Assembly (NCBI GenBank): GCA_043802745.1
Contig: JAZDKU010000006.1
Location: 1-48,531, forward strand
Reading direction: 5' to 3'
DNA: 48,531 nt
Source of the DNA: a bacterium
Lineage (GTDB): Bacteria > Patescibacteriota > Minisyncoccia > Minisyncoccales > CG1-02-41-26
Shown: in pieces, positions 17,573-23,595 of the stretch
Numbering within the stretch: position 1 is the stretch's first letter
How the letters are laid out: the number at the start of each line of letters is the position of its first letter
Made by a program: the position numbers and the translations under genes
Notes under the pieces: model-generated
The model's database searches: none
The model's input: only the letters and a program-made list of their open reading frames with translations
What the model was told of the DNA's origin: nothing

Positions 17573-18211
17573 TTATTTCAGTGTTCCTTCAATCGAGTTT
17601 ATCCTACCACCGAGGTTATTAATTAAATTATTAGTTGTTGTAGTGTAATTACTAAATTTTTCGTTCACCTTTTCGTCGGTCCATTTTTCAAATTCTTCAG
17701 CAAACTCGATATTACTTGGCAATGGATTGAATTTTTTATTTAAACCAAAACCCACCGTAAAAATAGCTAACAAAAATAAAAAACAAATGGCTAATAAAAT
17801 TTCGTCAAAAGAAATTCTTTCCCACCACTTTTTTTTCTCGCTATTCCCTGTTTGTCTACTGCGAAATAATACTATATGAATTAAAACCAAAAATATAATG
17901 AGACAGATCAATATTATCAACAAAACAAGAATCGCAGAAAAAAGATCGGAAATTCTTGCAAAAACTTGTATGCTTGCTGAGATAAAAGTAAAAAGCGATA
18001 TATAGATACCCAGCACCTCAAGGAGTTTAAGTTGCTTGCTTTCCATCTTTTCTTCCATATATCTTTTTAACTCATCAAGCATCTCTGTCCTAAGTTTATC
18101 TGGAATAATATCACCTTGAGAATTAGATGGTAAAATAGTGTCCCCTTCCGTAGTAGTGTTCCCTTCCGTCTGTGTTGTTTCAGATTGAATCTTTTTCTTC
18201 TTAATTGTCAT
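17573..18211 (-). CDS. membrane protein (212 aa): Thr-rich N-terminus, about 3 TM helices, helical C-terminus
   Basis: Hydrophobic segments are GIYISLFTFISASIQVF, AILVLLIILICLIIFLVLIHIVLF and ILLAICFLFLLAIFTVGF. The ATG overlaps the upstream stop by 4 nt. Confidence 0.55.
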   Translation of the reverse strand: MTIKKKKIQSETTQTEGNTTTEGDTILPSNSQGDIIPDKLRTEMLDELKRYMEEKMESKQLKLLEVLGIYISLFTFISASIQVFARISDLFSAILVLLIILICLIIFLVLIHIVLFRSRQTGNSEKKKWWERISFDEILLAICFLFLLAIFTVGFGLNKKFNPLPSNIEFAEEFEKWTDEKVNEKFSNYTTTTNNLINNLGGRINSIEGTLK

Positions 18212-18597
18212 AAAGATTTTACTATCAACTTAATTTCTCCCAATTTTTGCTCGTTGACAAAAATTTTGACTCTATAGTCGTCAGGTTGCTCAAATGGAAT
18301 ATTGAAAAAACGAGATATAAAATTTATCTCGGCTTCATCTCTTGGAACGTCAAAAGAACTTGTATAGTCAGCTATTTTTTCGCCAGTACTTTTCTCTATA
18401 CTCACAACCCCTTTATAATTTCCCATTTTTTCAAAAGTTATATTCGCTACTACAATAATATGGGGGGTAAGTGCTGGGAACTTTTTCGCTGTTAATCTAT
18501 TAAAAATTTTTATAATACATAACTTTCCGCCTTCTTGGGTGGCAAAAGCATCTTCACAAATATGTAAAAAATTTAATTTTATATTTTTATTTGGCAT
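18208..18597 (-). CDS. small soluble hypothetical protein (129 aa), composition suggests beta-rich
   Basis: No catalytic motif. Tightly coupled to the genes on both sides. Confidence 0.5.
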   Translation of the reverse strand: MPNKNIKLNFLHICEDAFATQEGGKLCIIKIFNRLTAKKFPALTPHIIVVANITFEKMGNYKGVVSIEKSTGEKIADYTSSFDVPRDEAEINFISRFFNIPFEQPDDYRVKIFVNEQKLGEIKLIVKSL

Positions 18598-18620
18598 AAT
18601 TTTTAAAAAATTAAATATTT

Positions 18621-19655
18621 TTATTTCCAGCCTTGGCCGATGGGGCGGAAGGCCACTTGTTCTTGGGGTATTTGCATTGGGCCTTGAGGCGTTTGCTGGG
18701 TTACATTTACTTGTTGCTTTTTAAACTCAAGCATAAGTTCAAAGTAATTTGAGAATTTCGCGCTTTCAATAAAAGCAATCTTATAGCCCTTTTTATTTTG
18801 CATGGCATTTTGGCCAAGCTCATTTTCTGGATTCCACAAAACGCCAAGCTCCATCTCTTTAGCGTATTCCTCGTATAATTCCGTCATTGACATGGAAAGC
18901 TCATCCCCTGCCGAGGTTACTGCTTTTAGACCCAAATCATCTTTGGCTTCTTTGCGGCCAATAAAATACTGGTGAGAGTAAAGCTTTTCTGTAAAATAGT
19001 CCACAGCTTTTTCGATTTCGTCTTCTTTCATTGGCGATTTGTGGCTTTTTAGCAATCTCTTGGCTAAAATTCTAATTAAATTATGAGTACGGTTAACATT
19101 GCCCAAAGCTAAGGGGTGAATTTGCGGATTGGCCTCAACGAATTTGCCAAAAATTTTAGCAAGTTCAGCGTCATCTTTTATACCAAATTTATTTTTAGCT
19201 AAATCAAAATAAGCCATAACATCTTCTACGGAGATGGGAATTTTGTTTTGCGGACTTTGTGGGTCCGATGGGTTAAAAACATTAGCAGTTGATGGGTCAA
19301 TTGGGGAAAGTTCTGACAAGTCGCTCATTATAATTTCATCCGCCCCCAAAGAAATCATGGTGGCAGCTGAATGGGCTTTATACGGAATTAAAACTGAAAA
19401 TTTATCGCAGTATTCCCTAATCATTGAAACCAAACGCCATGGCACCATTGTGTCTCCGCCCGATGAATGTAAAAACAAATCAATGTTTTCAGTTTTGCCA
19501 ATGGCCCGCAAATGTTTACTAATTATTGGCACAATATCCATAGCAATTCTAGCTGAGGGAGTACCTGGGGCGCCTTGCCTGTCGCTGGTTAAATAAGTAA
19601 TAACCCGCGAATTTCTTAATTTTTCAATTTTTTGTATAAGTTGTTGTTTATCCAT
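18621..19655 (-). CDS. ClpP/crotonase-fold serine protease of the SDH (serine dehydrogenase proteinase, S49-related) type
   Basis: IDLFLHSSGGDTMVPWRLVSMIREYCDKFSVLIPYKAHSAATMISLGADEIIM...LSPIDPS matches the lhtpGG...AmSagTliaLaADeIvM...iDP pattern of that family. Confidence 0.6.
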   Translation of the reverse strand: MDKQQLIQKIEKLRNSRVITYLTSDRQGAPGTPSARIAMDIVPIISKHLRAIGKTENIDLFLHSSGGDTMVPWRLVSMIREYCDKFSVLIPYKAHSAATMISLGADEIIMSDLSELSPIDPSTANVFNPSDPQSPQNKIPISVEDVMAYFDLAKNKFGIKDDAELAKIFGKFVEANPQIHPLALGNVNRTHNLIRILAKRLLKSHKSPMKEDEIEKAVDYFTEKLYSHQYFIGRKEAKDDLGLKAVTSAGDELSMSMTELYEEYAKEMELGVLWNPENELGQNAMQNKKGYKIAFIESAKFSNYFELMLEFKKQQVNVTQQTPQGPMQIPQEQVAFRPIGQGWK

Positions 19656-19706
19656 ATTTTTATTGTTATTGCTGTTATATTAGCTTATTTACTGCAACTT
19701 TTCAAA

Positions 19707-19756
19707 TTAAAGTTTCTCCAATTCTGTGTATTTAGTGGCGTTGCCTTGGGATTTTT
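19707..19756 (-). repeat. MazG-tail module, copy A (encodes SQGNATKYTELEKL-stop)
   Basis: About 48 nt, roughly 80% identical to 20285-20332 and 21927-21974. Confidence 0.8.
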
Positions 19757-20288
19757 TTATTGTGGCTTTGATGAATGAGTCCTTCTGGGCGGTGTATGTG
19801 TAGCGGTCATTTTTATATTTTTTGGCCAGCTTTTCTTTTAATTCGTTGTACTCTTTAATGGCTTCCTTATGCTTTCGCAAATAATCCCTAAAAAGTACGC
19901 AATCCTTCCACATTCGGCTGTTTAGTTTGGTTATGTGGATATAGTGAGTCCTACTACTTTCGCTACCTTTGGCGAAAAAACGCTGGCCTTTTATCCCCAC
20001 GTTATATTTATACTCATAGCCCAATTGTGTAAGGGCGTCAATGCATTTTTCAGCATTTTTTAAATTTATAACACCAATAGCTATATCAATTATGGGCTTG
20101 GCTTTAGCCCCTGGAATAGAAGTGCTTCCAACATGCTGTATGTCTAAAATATATTTGCCAATTGCCGAGTAAAGAAGTTTTGCCTCTTTTTGATATAACT
20201 TCTGCCATGCGGGATTATAGGGAAGTAACTCAACTTTTTTTCTTTGCAAACCGATAATTTTACGACTTTGAGCGGTTTCCTTTGTCAT
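19707..20288 (-). CDS. GrpB-family nucleotidyltransferase-fold protein
   Basis: VELLPYNPAW and IQHVGSTSIPGAKAKPIIDIAIGV are GrpB hallmarks. The start is set at 20288, giving an ATGA overlap with the AbiEii stop. The C-terminal 15 aa belong to the shared tail module. Confidence 0.8.
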   Translation of the reverse strand: MTKETAQSRKIIGLQRKKVELLPYNPAWQKLYQKEAKLLYSAIGKYILDIQHVGSTSIPGAKAKPIIDIAIGVINLKNAEKCIDALTQLGYEYKYNVGIKGQRFFAKGSESSRTHYIHITKLNSRMWKDCVLFRDYLRKHKEAIKEYNELKEKLAKKYKNDRYTYTAQKDSFIKATIKKSQGNATKYTELEKL

Positions 20289-20332
20289 ATCTTCTCTAAT
20301 TCTGTCCATTTTTTTGCATTGCCTTTGGATTT
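20285..20332 (-). repeat. MazG-tail module, copy B (encodes SKGNAKKWTELEKI-stop)
   Basis: See 21927-21974. Confidence 0.8.
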
Positions 20333-21103
20333 TTTAATTTCATCAAAGGGCAGGCTGTTTATCATTTTTTCAATTTCTTTATCGTCTATAAAGCGAGAAT
20401 AATGTATTTGGTTCATTTCCGCCTCTTTTTGTGTGCCAATGATTGCCCAATTATTTTTAATGCTTGCTTTGGCAATGCTCTGGCGAATCTCTTTTTGTTT
20501 AACATAGCCAACAATTTCATCAAGATTGAGCTGATACTTTTCTAAAATTAAAAACAAATCATAAAAATCACGGTAGCGCGCTCTATCGCTCATAGCGCGA
20601 ATTTTTTCGGCAGCGATTTCTTTAATATCCATAACCTTAACAGAAAAATCAACACCCCAAACATTATCGTATTTTAGCTCTTTTGCTGGCAGTAAAACAT
20701 TTTGCAAATAATCTATTTCCACTTTCAAAAAATTTGGCAAGGCAAGTGGCCCGTTGTACTGCAACTTTTCAATTTTTATGGTGGCAGGGGAAAAATAATC
20801 TTTTTTAATACTTAAATAATCCTCGCCAACAAAAATTTGCCTTGTCTCATCCAAACTAACAGATTTTCGCTTGGATGAAAAATCTAAATCTTCGGAAAAA
20901 CGAAGCTGTTCTAAATAGCAGTGGTATAAAGCAGTGCCACCCTTAAATACCAAATCATTTTTTAAAGCTGATTCAGTGATTATCTTTAAAACTATAGCCA
21001 AAAAATAATCCTTTTCCGCGATATGCAAAGGATATTTTAAGGTCTTTCTGTTTATAATTTCTAATTGCTGCCTACTTATCATATTTGTCAAAATGTTCAT
21101 CAT
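20285..21103 (-). CDS. abiEii: AbiEii/AbiGii-family nucleotidyltransferase toxin
   Basis: EKDYFLAIVL and LVFKGGTALYHCYLEQLRFSEDLDF are AbiEii hallmarks. The start is uncertain (ATGs at 21142, 21103, 21100 and 21082) and overlaps the AbiEi 3' end. Confidence 0.8.
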   Translation of the reverse strand: MMNILTNMISRQQLEIINRKTLKYPLHIAEKDYFLAIVLKIITESALKNDLVFKGGTALYHCYLEQLRFSEDLDFSSKRKSVSLDETRQIFVGEDYLSIKKDYFSPATIKIEKLQYNGPLALPNFLKVEIDYLQNVLLPAKELKYDNVWGVDFSVKVMDIKEIAAEKIRAMSDRARYRDFYDLFLILEKYQLNLDEIVGYVKQKEIRQSIAKASIKNNWAIIGTQKEAEMNQIHYSRFIDDKEIEKMINSLPFDEIKKSKGNAKKWTELEKI

Positions 21104-21863
21104 AATACAAACGCCATTTGGCATTAAATTTTTTATCGCCAAGTAACATCCGATGGGTGCTGTGTTTAATTTTTATAGAATTTTCCGCCAAACGATAAAT
21201 ATCCACAGAGTCAATCTTTAATAAATCAAAAATAAAGCCAAATGTTTTAATGGTTGCTTGGGAAAATTCTTTCAGATATTCAGCTAATCGCGCTAAATCT
21301 AAACTATGCTTATGTTCTGCAAGCTTTTCAATAACCAAATCAACGGCATATTTACTTTTGCGAAAATTAATTATATCAATCAAGGCCTTTTCAGCTGTGG
21401 CAATGCGAGTAGCTTTGTTGTCTATTATTTCTTCCTGAAAGCCAAAGAAAAGCTTTTCTTTAGTTTGGATAAAACTATATTCCGTGTTATTAAGTAAAAC
21501 AGTTTTAAATTTCTTAAGCGAAACAGATATTGTTTTGCCAGCTAACTGGTCAAACATACCATAGTATTGCAAAGCTGATTCAAAAGAAACATAGGAATCT
21601 TTAACCAAAAGCCCAGCTACCGTGTAAAACGACAACGATAAAAACCCCCGATTGCTTAAATCCGAAATAGCGTAAAGCCCATTCTTGATGCGCATAAGCC
21701 AGCCGTTTTTAACCAGTTTGGTAATAAGATTTTTGGTTTGTTGATAATCCCAGCTTTCTTTAGCTTGGCTAAAAATATCTTGGGAAGTTATAATCTGACC
21801 ATGTTTTACTATTAGCTGCTCTAAAAGCTCACTTTGTTTTGTTGATAAAATTGTGTAATTCAT
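21072..21863 (-). CDS. abiEi: AbiEi-like antitoxin / transcriptional regulator
   Basis: N-terminal winged-helix-like region ending in GWLMRIKNGLYAI (compare G.l.rl.rGlY). It is 263 aa long and sits directly upstream of AbiEii. Confidence 0.65.
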   Translation of the reverse strand: MNYTILSTKQSELLEQLIVKHGQIITSQDIFSQAKESWDYQQTKNLITKLVKNGWLMRIKNGLYAISDLSNRGFLSLSFYTVAGLLVKDSYVSFESALQYYGMFDQLAGKTISVSLKKFKTVLLNNTEYSFIQTKEKLFFGFQEEIIDNKATRIATAEKALIDIINFRKSKYAVDLVIEKLAEHKHSLDLARLAEYLKEFSQATIKTFGFIFDLLKIDSVDIYRLAENSIKIKHSTHRMLLGDKKFNAKWRLYYDEHFDKYDK

Positions 21864-21926
21864 ATATTAAAAGTAATCAATGCTTATTACTTCATACACA
21901 TATAATACACTAATATATGCAAATAA

Positions 21927-21974
21927 TCAAAATTTCTCTAATTCTGTGTATTTTTTGGCATTGCCTTTGGATTT
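21927..21974 (-). repeat. MazG-tail module, copy C (native; encodes SKGNAKKYTELEKF-stop)
   Basis: Plus strand: tcaaaatttctctaattctgtgtattttttggcattgcctttggattttt. Confidence 0.8.
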
Positions 21975-22286
21975 TTCAACGGGGTATTTTTGCTCGTTCT
22001 TTATGATTTTTTTGTCTAGGGCATCTAAAATATCAATTTCTAAATCGTGGCTCATTAGCAAAACCCAAAACAAAACATCCGCCAATTCTTCGCCTATTTC
22101 GGCTCTGTTTGTTTGCACATATTTGGCCATTTCTTCGGTGTTTTTCCACTGGAAATGCTCCATCACCTCCCCTGCTTCTAAAACAAGCGAAAGCGACAGG
22201 TCTTTTGGATTGTGAAACTGTTTCCAATCCCGCGCGTCTCGCAAGTCAATTATTCTTTTGGTTAAATTTTCAATGTTGTTGTCCAT
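21927..22286 (-). CDS. MazG-like (dCTPase-type) nucleotide pyrophosphohydrolase
   Basis: LVLEAGEVMEHFQW ... IGEELADVLFWVLLMS ... KNEQKYPVEKSKGNAKKYTEL. Both the EExxE/ExxD helices and the KYP...KKYTEL tail are native to this family. Confidence 0.8.
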   Translation of the reverse strand: MDNNIENLTKRIIDLRDARDWKQFHNPKDLSLSLVLEAGEVMEHFQWKNTEEMAKYVQTNRAEIGEELADVLFWVLLMSHDLEIDILDALDKKIIKNEQKYPVEKSKGNAKKYTELEKF

Positions 22287-22303
22287 AATTTTCTATTTTT
22301 TTG
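22250..22303 (-). repeat. direct repeat: MazG 5' end plus proximal upstream sequence (functional copy)
   Basis: cgcaagtcaattattcttttggttaaattttcaatgttgttgtccata...ttctat is repeated at 23051-23115 with a few mismatches or indels. Confidence 0.8.
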
Positions 22304-22350
22304 CCCTTGACAAACAGGTTTTAAGTTTGCTATTATATAAATACAAATCC

Positions 22351-23031
22351 TCATCGGATGGGTGCTTGCACCGGTTCATGAGGTTTTTTGTTTTTATTGG
22401 TAAAAATCATTGCCTTTGCCTCTTTCCAATTTAGCAACTGTTCGCTGATAATTTTACCCTTGATAAGATTATAAAATTTTTCATTTTTTCCCGTATACTT
22501 CCAAAGTAAACTCCCCGCTACCATATCCGCTGAATTTATCTCGGGATTATCCACGCTACTCAAATGCTTCAAAATAAACGGCTCGCCTAGTAATTCAAGC
22601 AATGTCTCGTTAAATTTTATCAAATCGTCTTTTTGTTGAAAATGCTTATCAAAAATCACTTCTTTAATTTTAACATCTTGATAAAAAACCAAACACTCTT
22701 TTAGTAAAATATAGGCAAGCAAAGCAAAATTATCGGGCGTGTCCTTTATGCTTTGGTTGTTCTTTTCAATAATTAAAGCGAAAATATTTACATCAGCCAA
22801 AGATAGCTCTTTTAGATAAACAGCTTTTGTGCGTTCGCCCGCTTTATAAAATTTAACTTCGGAAACAGCCTTTTCTTTTTTATCACATGCCATGCTCTTT
22901 CTTGCTTTTTTCAACACAGACAAAAGAACTTCTTGGGCATTAACTCCCACAGCAGCCATAATAATCACTTTATCTTTTGGATCAGGTAAAGTTCCCGATT
23001 CGTCTATCAAAATAGAAATTTTTTGGTCCAT
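22351..23031 (-). CDS. DUF3800 domain protein
   Basis: The N-terminal ILIDESGT and the later NSADMVAGSL resemble the DUF3800 pattern. 226 aa. Confidence 0.55.
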   Translation of the reverse strand: MDQKISILIDESGTLPDPKDKVIIMAAVGVNAQEVLLSVLKKARKSMACDKKEKAVSEVKFYKAGERTKAVYLKELSLADVNIFALIIEKNNQSIKDTPDNFALLAYILLKECLVFYQDVKIKEVIFDKHFQQKDDLIKFNETLLELLGEPFILKHLSSVDNPEINSADMVAGSLLWKYTGKNEKFYNLIKGKIISEQLLNWKEAKAMIFTNKNKKPHEPVQAPIR

Positions 23032-23037
23032 AAATTT

Positions 23038-23097
23038 TTATAGTTTATCGCGCAAGTCAATTATTCTTTTGGTTAAATTTTCAATATTGTTGTCCAT
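23038..23097 (-). pseudogene. orphan duplicate of the MazG 5' end (19 codons then stop)
   Basis: It encodes MDNNIENLTKRIIDLRDKL-stop. The first 17 aa are identical to the start of 21927..22286. Confidence 0.75.
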
Positions 23098-23115
23098 ATT
23101 TTTCTATCTTTTACT
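23051..23115 (-). repeat. direct repeat: MazG 5' end (orphan copy)
   Basis: Pairs with 22250-22303. The two copies bracket the DUF3800 gene. Confidence 0.8.
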
Positions 23116-23302
23116 TTTCGCCCTCGCATCTCTAAAAACATCGTCGAAAATTTCGTAGTAGTCAGCGTAAATATACTTCTGGCCATATAGATATAAACAT
23201 ATTACGCGATTTAGTTTATATTATTAGGACCAATATAAACTATTTTTTAGTAGCGATTTTATAGACTTGCTTACAGTTCTTTTCATCACCAATAATCCGC
23301 AT

Positions 23303-23575
23303 TTATTTTTTATTATTTTGCTGGCGAAACCATAGGTTTTTAAAAAATGGAATGGATAGAGTGGACAGAATAAAGCCAACGGTTGGGACAATAGCGCTAA
23401 TAAAAGGCTTGGGGAATTTGGCCACGAAGAAAAACAAAACAATAACAATGTATGTTAAAACAGCGATTAAGATTTTGCGAAACAAGCTGGTTTCCCACGC
23501 TTTATCCGCCTCAACCCGAGCATTGCGCTGTTTAATTTGCTCAATCTCGTTTTTTATCTGTTCTAATTCATCCAT
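23303..23575 (-). CDS. small membrane protein with an N-terminal coiled-coil-like segment (90 aa)
   Basis: MDELEQIKNEIEQIKQRNARVEADKAWE followed by two TM helices. Confidence 0.5.
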   Translation of the reverse strand: MDELEQIKNEIEQIKQRNARVEADKAWETSLFRKILIAVLTYIVIVLFFFVAKFPKPFISAIVPTVGFILSTLSIPFFKNLWFRQQNNKK

Positions 23576-23595
23576 ATTTATTTAATTTGCAGAAA

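Noticed and set aside
23212-23240. Inverted repeat agtttatatt...aatataaact as a terminator
   Set aside because: The stem is entirely A/T. The U-tract is on the plus strand, where no gene ends.
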